From the sequence record OW849299.1: DNA of 64,000 bases; one strand, written 5' to 3'. Positions 36,599-44,232 of this stretch are shown here, piece after piece; positions within the stretch are counted from its first letter, which is position 1; the number at the start of each line of letters is the position of its first letter. This DNA is from a plasmid. Under the pieces are notes generated by a model. It saw only the letters and a program-made list of their open reading frames with translations. It did no database searches and was not told where the DNA came from. Position numbers and translations under genes: made by a program.

Positions 36599-37033
36599 AT
36601 GTGGAAACGTGGCGAAAACAAAGTGATTCTGATGGGGCGTGCTGGCAAAGATGCAGAAGTGCGTTACACCCCAAACAGAACGGCCATTGCGAGCCTGACG
36701 CTGGCTACAGAAATCAGCTACAGCGACAACGAAGGGAAGGAGCAAAAAGAAACGGAATGGCATGATATTGTCATTTTTGGAAAGAAAGCCGAAGCAGCTG
36801 GGAAGTACTTCAAAAAGGGTATGATGCTGTATTTTGTCGGGCGCATTCGTAATAACAAATGGCAAGGGACAGACGGCAAAATGCGCAGCAATAAGGAAAT
36901 TGTGATCGATAATAACGGCGAAATGCAGATGCTGCCGGGAGCTGGGCCACGTAACACCAGTGCAGAAGGCCAGGGAGGCATTGAAAATCATGATGAACCG
37001 CCGTTCCCGGATATGAATGATTACCCGCAGTGA
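36599..37033 (+). CDS. ssb: Plasmid single-stranded DNA-binding protein SSB
   Basis: MWKRGENKVILMGRAG…WHDIVIFGKKAEAAGKYFKKGMMLYFVGRIRNNKWQ… OB fold, acidic C-terminal tail DEPPF. Confidence 0.85.
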   Translation: MWKRGENKVILMGRAGKDAEVRYTPNRTAIASLTLATEISYSDNEGKEQKETEWHDIVIFGKKAEAAGKYFKKGMMLYFVGRIRNNKWQGTDGKMRSNKEIVIDNNGEMQMLPGAGPRNTSAEGQGGIENHDEPPFPDMNDYPQ

Positions 37034-37088
37034 GTATTTGAGTTAGAACGGCCCGCAGGACGCGGGCCGCCAATCCAGAGGGGGGAGT

Positions 37089-37400
37089 ATGAATATCAGT
37101 GAACAATATCGGGTGGCGGTCGTCAGTACCGGCCATGTAAAAAAAGAAGACGCGGAACTACTGGACAAGGTCTGTAACGATGACTTGTCCGGTCAAGGTT
37201 TGTTCTGGATCGAGAAAAATCGCTATGGGTGGATATTGCGTATTTCTGCTACTGAACAATGGCGAGTGGAATTAACCAGGGCGGGGATCAGTGCAAGTGC
37301 TTTGGATAATATAGCCGCGTTAAATGGTGCCGGGTTCGACTGGATTTGGTTTGACCGGGATGCGGAACAGGTGCCAGAACTGACCGTTTGGGAGTGGTAA
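37089..37400 (+). CDS. Hypothetical protein (103 aa)
   Basis: SD GGGGGAG; follows hairpin CGGCCCGC-agga-GCGGGCCG. Confidence 0.5.
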   Translation: MNISEQYRVAVVSTGHVKKEDAELLDKVCNDDLSGQGLFWIEKNRYGWILRISATEQWRVELTRAGISASALDNIAALNGAGFDWIWFDRDAEQVPELTVWEW

Positions 37401-37440
37401 ACCGGTTAAAAATTTGCCTCGAAAAGGGGCATTTTTTTCT

Positions 37441-37532
37441 TGCCTGCAATGGCTCATTAGACGTATAATAATCGTGAAGTTTAAAAGTGGATATTGATTA
37501 AAACGCTCTGTAAATAACGTGGAGAGAATATT
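37441..37532 (+). promoter_or_regulatory. Leading-region promoter element, copy i (TTGCCT-18-TATAAT) with a non-conserved AT-rich leader
   Basis: Core ATGGCTCATTAGACGTATAAT conserved; drives an AT-rich gene. Confidence 0.5.
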
Positions 37533-38069
37533 ATGGCGGCCTTATACCCTTATGAGGTTTATACCCTTATTGTGTCAGAATTAATCGTAAGCCATTTTAA
37601 TGATGTCGCTATGGTATATCCGGGAAGCGAAGAAATTAAAAAGAACTACGACAGTGAATTAAGTGCTGTACAGGTAGTTAATGGCATCAGAGAAAAACTG
37701 ATTGAAGATGGTGTTATACAGTGCGAACAGTGCCCACTGCTATCCGAGTGGGATGAGAACAAGGTTATCAACCAGCTAATTAAAGATTACCGCCTGATTC
37801 TCAATCGTGACTATGAACTAAACCGTGTTCGTCAGCAGCTGGCCCCGGAGCTGATCGCACAGATAGAAAACTGGAAAGAGCAGAAGTATTCCGATTCTGC
37901 GAAGGAATACGAGGTGCTCTATGAAACCATCAACATCAACGGAAAGGAGGTTACAGGCAAACTAAACGTAGTTGCAGTAAGTCGCTTTGATGCTGTTTTC
38001 ATCGTAGGGCAGCGTCACGCTAACGATAACTTTTTGGTTCTGGATGTGAAGGAGGTGATGAATCATTGA
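37533..38069 (+). CDS. Hypothetical protein (178 aa, ~35% GC; compositionally foreign)
   Basis: SD GGAGAG; markedly lower GC than its neighbours. Confidence 0.5.
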   Translation: MAALYPYEVYTLIVSELIVSHFNDVAMVYPGSEEIKKNYDSELSAVQVVNGIREKLIEDGVIQCEQCPLLSEWDENKVINQLIKDYRLILNRDYELNRVRQQLAPELIAQIENWKEQKYSDSAKEYEVLYETININGKEVTGKLNVVAVSRFDAVFIVGQRHANDNFLVLDVKEVMNH

Positions 38070-38138
38070 AATCCAGAAAAGGTGCCGGATTGCGCCAACA
38101 ATCCGGCTGGGTAGGCAATTTAAATTGTGAGGTTCAAA

Positions 38139-38279
38139 ATGCCATTGTGGATTATACACTATGCTGAAGATGTCGCAAACGGAGTGCAAACAAAGTCGCA
38201 TCCGATGAACGCAGCGCAATGGGATCACTTCCGTTTCTGGTTGGCAGTGTTCCGGCGGATTAAAGAAGCCGCAATGTAA
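38139..38279 (+). CDS. Small protein (46 aa) not in the ORF track
   Basis: MPLWIIHYAEDVANGVQTKSHPMNAAQWDHFRFWLAVFRRIKEAAM; RBS context TGTGAGGTTCAAAATG identical to that of parM; followed by a terminator. Confidence 0.35.
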   Translation: MPLWIIHYAEDVANGVQTKSHPMNAAQWDHFRFWLAVFRRIKEAAM

Positions 38280-38294
38280 TCTGTAACTGTCTCA

Positions 38295-38318
38295 GGGGCG
38301 CTGTATGCGCCCCTTTTT
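38295..38318 (+). terminator. Rho-independent terminator (GGGGCGC-tgtat-GCGCCCC-TTTTT)
   Basis: Classical hairpin + T5 ending the leading-region transcription unit. Confidence 0.65.
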
Positions 38319-38570
38319 AATATCCTTGCCCGGACTCCTTTCCCTGTAAATTTATCGGGATCAAGGGCGGATCGTGGCCCTGAACGTGCGCACCATTGAG
38401 CGCTGCATCGCAGCGGAACCGGAAAATTTTTTTCCGGCCAATGAGTGCCCTTGTCACCGGAACGGTGACAAGTATGCACGCACAATTACACGAACAGGCA
38501 GCACCCATGCCCGGCCTGACAGGCCGGGAGCTATATCATAATGTGGGATGCTATATGTGAAAGGTGAAGG

Positions 38571-38936
38571 TTAATACTGCGGACCTGAAGCGTCAGGATT
38601 CTGAGCGGTAGAGCTATTTTGTGTGCGCTGCTCTTCGTCAACTCCAGTGATTTTTTTTCGGCTGTTGCTGGTTCTTTTTTTTCCAACTCGTCCGGCAGTA
38701 ATGTCCTTGATATCACGTAATGTAACGTCTGAAAAACCCGCATCGTTGAGGAATTTCAGTATCTCTTTATCTTCATATCCTTTCGAATCTTTCAGCTTCT
38801 TAATGTCAGACTTAAGCTCGTCGAGTACGTGCTTTTTCTCAAGCCTTTCCGACGTCACATCAGGCAAGTCGTCGAGAATGCTTTTGAATTTTCCGATGTC
38901 CTCACTGCTATAAAATGCTTTCTTTTTTGCAGGCAT
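38571..38936 (-). CDS. Lysine-rich hypothetical protein (121 aa) divergent from nikA
   Basis: ATG 38934-38936 with SD GGGAGGG; highly charged, K-rich C-terminus (possible DNA-binding/relaxosome accessory role). Confidence 0.45.
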   Translation of the reverse strand: MPAKKKAFYSSEDIGKFKSILDDLPDVTSERLEKKHVLDELKSDIKKLKDSKGYEDKEILKFLNDAGFSDVTLRDIKDITAGRVGKKRTSNSRKKITGVDEEQRTQNSSTAQNPDASGPQY

Positions 38937-38969
38937 ATGCCCTCCCAATAATGTCAAAATCGCCATGCC

Positions 38970-39205
38970 GAACCGGAGAAAATCGACCCAGGCTATTCGG
39001 GTGATTTTACATGATGCCCGGCACGATTCAATTGCTCTGCCTGCCAGGCCCTTCGCTGCTGGCTTTCAAACCTCGCCGATGGTAGAATTCAATGAGGTAT
39101 TTAAGTACGGGACAAGATGTGTTTTTGGAGTACCGCCGACACGCGGCGGCCGTCCAAAAACGTCTTGGTCAGGGCAAGCCCCGACACCCCCTAACGAGGT
39201 TAGCT
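38970..39205. promoter_or_regulatory. Candidate oriT region (nested inverted repeats TTTTTGGA-g-tac-CCGCCG-acac-GCGGCGG-ccg-TCCAAAAA at 39123-39160)
   Basis: Intergenic region between divergent genes immediately upstream of nikA/nikB, the usual oriT location in I-complex/IncL-M plasmids. The nic site is not identified. Confidence 0.45.
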
Positions 39206-39210
39206 ATCTG

Positions 39211-39528
39211 ATGAGCCGTAGCGAGAGCAGAAAAACAGACGATCGAATCCAGGTGAGATGTTCCACAGAAGTGAAAGCTAAACTCACCGAAAAGGCCCAT
39301 GAAGCAGGGCTTAGTCTTAGTCAATATCTTATCAAATCTGGGCTTGGAAAGCGCATTCAATCGAAAGGCAATTACAATGCACTTGCCGCTCTTGTAAAGA
39401 TAACAGCCCTTCAAAAACATCTGTTTAACGAAGGTGCCGGAGTTCATAGCAAGGAGTATTCAGAGATTCTGATCGAGGTCAAAAAGGCCGCACAGAAACT
39501 GCAACAGGAGATGGATGGTGATACCTAA
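39211..39528 (+). CDS. nikA: Relaxosome accessory protein NikA/MobC (RHH)
   Basis: 105 aa; …IQVRCSTEVKAKLTEKAHEAGLSLSQYLIKSG… RHH; overlaps the nikB start. Confidence 0.75.
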   Translation: MSRSESRKTDDRIQVRCSTEVKAKLTEKAHEAGLSLSQYLIKSGLGKRIQSKGNYNALAALVKITALQKHLFNEGAGVHSKEYSEILIEVKKAAQKLQQEMDGDT

Positions 39529-41494
39529 AATCATTGAGGGCCGAAGGGACAAAAAGTCCAGCTTTGGTCAGCTGATTAAGTACATGGCAGACAAGCCGTC
39601 TCAGGAGTTGACTGATACAGTTCAGCCTACTCCTGAGACGGCTTTGGCTGTTAAATCAGATATGTTCGAAGGGTTAAACAATTACCTGACCCGTAAGCAG
39701 AAAGTGATCAGCACACCGGTGGATGTTGAGCCAGGTGTACAGCGTGTTGTGGTTGGTGATGTTACCTGCCAGTACAATACCTTCTCGCTCGATGGTGCAG
39801 CACAGGAAATGAATTCAGTTTCTCAGCAAAGCACACGCTGTAAAGATCCAGTTATGCACTATGTTCTCTCATGGCCTGACTATGAAAAGCCGAATGATGA
39901 TCAGGTTTTCGATTCGGTGAAGTTTACACTGGCATCGATGGGCATGTCCGATCACCAGTATGTTGCTGCCATCCACCGGGATACAGATAACCTGCATGTG
40001 CATGTTGCTGTTAACCGCATCAATCCCCAGACATATAAAGCAGCCTCATCGAGCTTTACCAAAGACACTCTTCATCAGGCGTGCCGCTTACTGGAATTGA
40101 AGAATGGTTGGTCCCATTCAAACGGTGCATATGTGGTTAATGACCGTCAACAGATTGTCCGGAACCCTCACAGCAAGAAAGAGCGGGGCAACTGGCGCTC
40201 ACTCGATCGCATCAACAAGATGGAGAATAAAGAGGGGGTTGAAACGCTCTATCGCTATATCGTTGGTGATGAACAGGTAGGCGGTAGTCGTCAAAACTTG
40301 ATCCATGTTTCAGCTGGGCTTCGTGAAGCCAAAAGCTGGGATGATGTGCATAAGACATTTGCAGACATCGGTCTTCGTGTCGAAAAAGCACAGGGGAAAA
40401 AGGGCTACGTCATTACCCACGAACATCAAAACCAGAAGACGGCTGTTAAGGCGAGTCTGGTATTTAACAAGGCGCAATATACCCTGAAGTCGATGGAAGA
40501 GCGCTTTGGTGAATACCAGCCTTCACATATTGAACCGGCCAAAGTATCGGTATTTAAAACCGCATATACCCCTGGTGCTTATCGTCGAGATGCCAATAAA
40601 CGTCTGCAGCGTAAAATTGAGCGCGCAGAAGAAAGAATGCTGCTCAAGGGTCGCTATCGCGCCTACCGAAACAATTTACCGATATATTCTCCGGATAAGG
40701 ATCGCATCGCCGATGAATACCGGAAAATTGCCCAACATACCCGGTTGGTGAAAAATAACGTCCGGCATTCTGTTTCAGATCCTCATACCAGAAAGCTGAT
40801 GTACAACCTGGCTGAGTTCAAACGCCTGCAGGCGGTTGCCAATCTGCGTCTTAGCTTGCGTGAAGAACGCAACGGCTTCAGGGCGGCTAACCCACGGCTT
40901 TCTTACCGGGAGTGGGTCGAACAGGAAGCACTGAAGGGTGATAAGGCAGCGCTCAGCCAAATGAGGGGCTTTGCCTATTCCTCCAGGAAGAAGGAGAAGT
41001 ATAAACAGCAACTGGTTGAGCAGATCGGGTTCAACCGTACCTTTAACGCCATCACCAGTCATGATCGTGATGATGTGGCCGTAATGGCCTCAGCACGTCA
41101 TGGTGTCAAGCCACGGCTTTTGAAAGACGGTACTGTTATCTTTGAGCGCGACGGTAAACCGGTAGCGGCTGATCGTGGTCATATTGTGCTGACAGAAAGT
41201 AATGGAATCGACAAAGAGAAAACGGCTGACCTTGCAATTGCATTAACGATTGCTGGTAAAGCCAAATCTGTTCGTGTTGATGGTGACGGCGAGTTTAAGG
41301 AACTGTGCTGTAATCGTATCGTCGATGCAGCTGTGAACCACAATCACCCTGTCGCGCAGGGCATTACCTTCACAGATGCCGCTCAGCAGGCGTATGCTCA
41401 AAACGAGAAACATCGTTTGATTCGTGAGCAAAATAATAGTAAAAATGAAATGCAATTCAGAAGTGAAAGCGACGACAAATTCAATCCGAAGTAA
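39515..41494 (+). CDS. nikB: Relaxase NikB/MobA (MOBP family)
   Basis: 659 aa; HxH motif …DNLHVHVAVNRINPQT…. Confidence 0.85.
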   Translation: MVIPKIIEGRRDKKSSFGQLIKYMADKPSQELTDTVQPTPETALAVKSDMFEGLNNYLTRKQKVISTPVDVEPGVQRVVVGDVTCQYNTFSLDGAAQEMNSVSQQSTRCKDPVMHYVLSWPDYEKPNDDQVFDSVKFTLASMGMSDHQYVAAIHRDTDNLHVHVAVNRINPQTYKAASSSFTKDTLHQACRLLELKNGWSHSNGAYVVNDRQQIVRNPHSKKERGNWRSLDRINKMENKEGVETLYRYIVGDEQVGGSRQNLIHVSAGLREAKSWDDVHKTFADIGLRVEKAQGKKGYVITHEHQNQKTAVKASLVFNKAQYTLKSMEERFGEYQPSHIEPAKVSVFKTAYTPGAYRRDANKRLQRKIERAEERMLLKGRYRAYRNNLPIYSPDKDRIADEYRKIAQHTRLVKNNVRHSVSDPHTRKLMYNLAEFKRLQAVANLRLSLREERNGFRAANPRLSYREWVEQEALKGDKAALSQMRGFAYSSRKKEKYKQQLVEQIGFNRTFNAITSHDRDDVAVMASARHGVKPRLLKDGTVIFERDGKPVAADRGHIVLTESNGIDKEKTADLAIALTIAGKAKSVRVDGDGEFKELCCNRIVDAAVNHNHPVAQGITFTDAAQQAYAQNEKHRLIREQNNSKNEMQFRSESDDKFNPK

Positions 41495-41507
41495 AATGGA
41501 GTAAGAA

Positions 41508-42008
41508 ATGAAAATCAAAATGCAAACGGTCCTCGCGGCCGTTTCTGTGTTAGCTCTTGCCGGGTGTGCCTCTCAAAGCGAAAAGGAAAAACAAATCTCT
41601 GCACAGCAGCTGGTAGATCAGGAATTGCGTGAGCAAGCCATTAAGATAAAACTCGCACAGGATGAGCTTTACCAGGCTGGAGCCATTAACAGGACCCGTT
41701 ACAAATTCCCTACCATTATCAATGCAAACAGTCAGTATGTTCGTGTGAGCTGGCAGGGTGATGCTTACGAATTACTGGAGCAACTGGCTAAACAGCGTGG
41801 CCTTCAATTCACCAGTCAGGGGATCAAGTTACCGCTTCCACTCAATATCGATGTTGGTGGTTCGAAGGTTACGTTTGAACAGTTGCTGACCCTGATCCGA
41901 CAACAAACGCAGTACCGTGCCACCATCAACCAGAAACCCGGTGAACTGCAGCTGCTTTACCTCACACCATCGAAGAAAGGTTCATTCCTCAGAGGGACCC
42001 GCCCATGA
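41508..42008 (+). CDS. traH: TraH (DotD-like lipoprotein) of an I-type T4SS
   Basis: Signal peptide + LAGC lipobox; first gene of the tra operon. Confidence 0.7.
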   Translation: MKIKMQTVLAAVSVLALAGCASQSEKEKQISAQQLVDQELREQAIKIKLAQDELYQAGAINRTRYKFPTIINANSQYVRVSWQGDAYELLEQLAKQRGLQFTSQGIKLPLPLNIDVGGSKVTFEQLLTLIRQQTQYRATINQKPGELQLLYLTPSKKGSFLRGTRP

Positions 42009-42784
42009 AACTTAAACTGATCGTGCTTCTGACGTTACCGCTGCTTGCTGCGAACGTTGCACGCGCGGACGACTCCGATGTTAAAGGCCTGGATTACTAC
42101 ATGGACCCGCCAAGCCAAAGTGACGATGAGGCCGATGTTACTGGCAGTATGCTAAACGACGCAGCGCACACCATTGGATTTCGCGGCGGAAAGGCAGAAC
42201 GCGCTAAAGAAATTCGCGCCGCGCTGGAAAATCAGCGCAGCAACCTTGATTACATGTATTCGTTCCAGCCGCTGATCTCTTCTGAAGGCTACCTGCCTCC
42301 GGTCATTGCTGAAGCTAAAGACGTTGCACACATTACCAATGAGCAAATCCGAACGGCCAACCGTGCCTATGACATTGTGGTGCCGGCGCGCTTTGTCAGT
42401 AACCCGCCGACCTGGAAAAGCTATCTTCTGACCGGGCTGATGGCGCAGCGGATCGAATTGCCTGAACCGGCTGCAATGCCGAAGGACGGGAAACAACGTG
42501 ATATCTGGAAAAAAGCTGTCGCGCTGGGCTGGTCTGACGGTCGCCAAAAAGCTGATGAGATATTCACTGCTAATTTCAATCGCCTCACACGGGATTACAC
42601 CGGCATGTTGCGCTACAGCACGCTACTGCAGCAGGGCATGATTAAGGCTCCAGTCATCACACAGCAGCAGCAAACAGTTACAGGGGATAAAAACCGCCTC
42701 ATGCTGGGCGATAAAACGAAACGTATGAAGCAGCAAGCTGAGTTTGACATCAACAAACGCAGCTGGAAACCGACCATACGTTAA
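42005..42784 (+). CDS. traI: TraI (DotC-like lipoprotein)
   Basis: Signal peptide; gene order as in R64/IncL-M. Confidence 0.7.
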   Translation: MKLKLIVLLTLPLLAANVARADDSDVKGLDYYMDPPSQSDDEADVTGSMLNDAAHTIGFRGGKAERAKEIRAALENQRSNLDYMYSFQPLISSEGYLPPVIAEAKDVAHITNEQIRTANRAYDIVVPARFVSNPPTWKSYLLTGLMAQRIELPEPAAMPKDGKQRDIWKKAVALGWSDGRQKADEIFTANFNRLTRDYTGMLRYSTLLQQGMIKAPVITQQQQTVTGDKNRLMLGDKTKRMKQQAEFDINKRSWKPTIR

Positions 42785-42794
42785 GGGGCAGTAG

Positions 42795-43958
42795 ATGGAA
42801 GCATTCAATTTTGGTCCAACGCTGACGCCCCAGACGCTGGAACGTTTTCTCGTACACTGCTCAAACAATGAAGTGTCCGATATTCTGTTGCAGGGCGGAG
42901 ATAAAATCTGGGTAGAACGTCATGGGCGCCAGTTGCCCATGACATCTTACCCGCTCGACAACCTGGAGCTGGAACGTACCGTTGATAAGGTGTTCGGTCA
43001 GGAGATCAAAGGGACGCTGAAAAGTGCTGCGGTCGTTAATACCGCTATCCAGCTAAGAGGTGATGAAGCGGGCACGATTGGACTCGGCCGCGGCGAAACC
43101 CGCCGGTTCCGCGCGAACTTTACTCAGGCCGATATTTATAAAACAGAAGCGGCAATGTCTCTGACACTCCGTGTTCTGAATGAGGTTATTCCTCAGCTTA
43201 AACAAATGGGTATTGAGCCGGACCTGTTTAATTCTCTGTTGCCGGCTGCCGGCCTCGGACTGATATGCGGCGAGACGGGATCGGGCAAGTCAACCCTGAT
43301 GGCCAGCATCTTCCAGTATTGCGGTGAAACGTACCAGGACCGGAAAATCATCACGGTTGAAGATCCCATCGAGTATCGCCTGGGAAGTCGAGACTGGATT
43401 GCGCCGGCGCCGGCACAGTCACAGATTGGGCGCGATATTGATTCCTTCCACAATTTTATCACTCTCTCCGGGCTCCGTCGTTCTCCGAAGATTATGGGGG
43501 TTGGTGAGCTCCTTAACCGCCTGTCATTTGAAGCTGCTGTACTGGCAGGTAAATCCGGCCACTTTTGTCTTGGCACACTGCACGTCAAAACGGTCGGAGA
43601 AGCCATTTCCCGATCATTGCAGAACTATCCGCCGGAAATGCGTGAAGCTGCCGCCTTTGACCTGCTGAGTATCCTTTCTTACATCATCGTGCAACGCTTG
43701 CTTAAAACAAAAGACGGCCGGCGCAAGGCTGTCCGTGAATATCTCGTCATTGATAACAGCCTGCGCCGCAAACTCTATGACGTTGATTACAGCAAGTGGG
43801 GCCGCTACATCGACGACCTGTTGATCGCTGAAAACCGCAGTCTGATTCAGAACGCCTGGGCAATGCACCAGGAAGGTTTGATCGACGAAGCGGAAGTCAT
43901 CGAGGTCGCAGGATATATGGACTATCTGGCGTTAAAAGAGGGCAAGTATGGACATTAA
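42795..43958 (+). CDS. traJ: TraJ (DotB/PilT-like secretion ATPase)
   Basis: Walker A GETGSGKST. Confidence 0.8.
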   Translation: MEAFNFGPTLTPQTLERFLVHCSNNEVSDILLQGGDKIWVERHGRQLPMTSYPLDNLELERTVDKVFGQEIKGTLKSAAVVNTAIQLRGDEAGTIGLGRGETRRFRANFTQADIYKTEAAMSLTLRVLNEVIPQLKQMGIEPDLFNSLLPAAGLGLICGETGSGKSTLMASIFQYCGETYQDRKIITVEDPIEYRLGSRDWIAPAPAQSQIGRDIDSFHNFITLSGLRRSPKIMGVGELLNRLSFEAAVLAGKSGHFCLGTLHVKTVGEAISRSLQNYPPEMREAAAFDLLSILSYIIVQRLLKTKDGRRKAVREYLVIDNSLRRKLYDVDYSKWGRYIDDLLIAENRSLIQNAWAMHQEGLIDEAEVIEVAGYMDYLALKEGKYGH

Positions 43959-44208
43959 CAAATGGCGTTATGCCGGCCGGCCACTGACGGTTTTTGGTGT
44001 GCCTGTTATCTCGTTTCTTGTGTACTTCATCTGGTTTCCGTTCCCGTCAGTAAAAACCTTTGTTATCTGCACCTGTGTGGTTCTCTTTTACTTTCTGCTG
44101 GCCATGATGGGCTACACGTTACCGGTGCTGTACCAGGTCATTCTCCGGGTTATCCGCGGGAAAAAACTTACCGGGCGGCCGTGGTGGTACCGGCGCTCTC
44201 AGCGATAA
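43948..44208 (+). CDS. traK: TraK (IcmT-like small membrane protein)
   Basis: 86 aa, two TM helices. Confidence 0.65.
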   Translation: MDINKWRYAGRPLTVFGVPVISFLVYFIWFPFPSVKTFVICTCVVLFYFLLAMMGYTLPVLYQVILRVIRGKKLTGRPWWYRRSQR

Positions 44209-44232
44209 CACATAACTACAGGGGTAGACAGT

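Noticed and set aside
25965-37532. Regularly recurring near-identical ~90-bp elements: could this be a CRISPR-like array?
   Set aside because: Spacing is irregular (0.3-4 kb), each copy is followed by an ORF with an SD, and the units are not short palindromic repeats separated by unique spacers. They are promoter/leader modules.
26000-38100. Search for classical Frpo-type long single-strand promoter hairpins at every promoter copy
   Set aside because: Except for copy h (36204-36239), no inverted partner of the -35/-10 region is present nearby; the copies look like ordinary duplex promoters.
23918-38141. Identical 16-nt RBS context TGTGAGGTTCAAAATG at parM and at the 46-aa ORF 38139
   Set aside because: Probably coincidence or a small ancient duplication; too short to infer function, so it is mentioned only as support for the small ORF.
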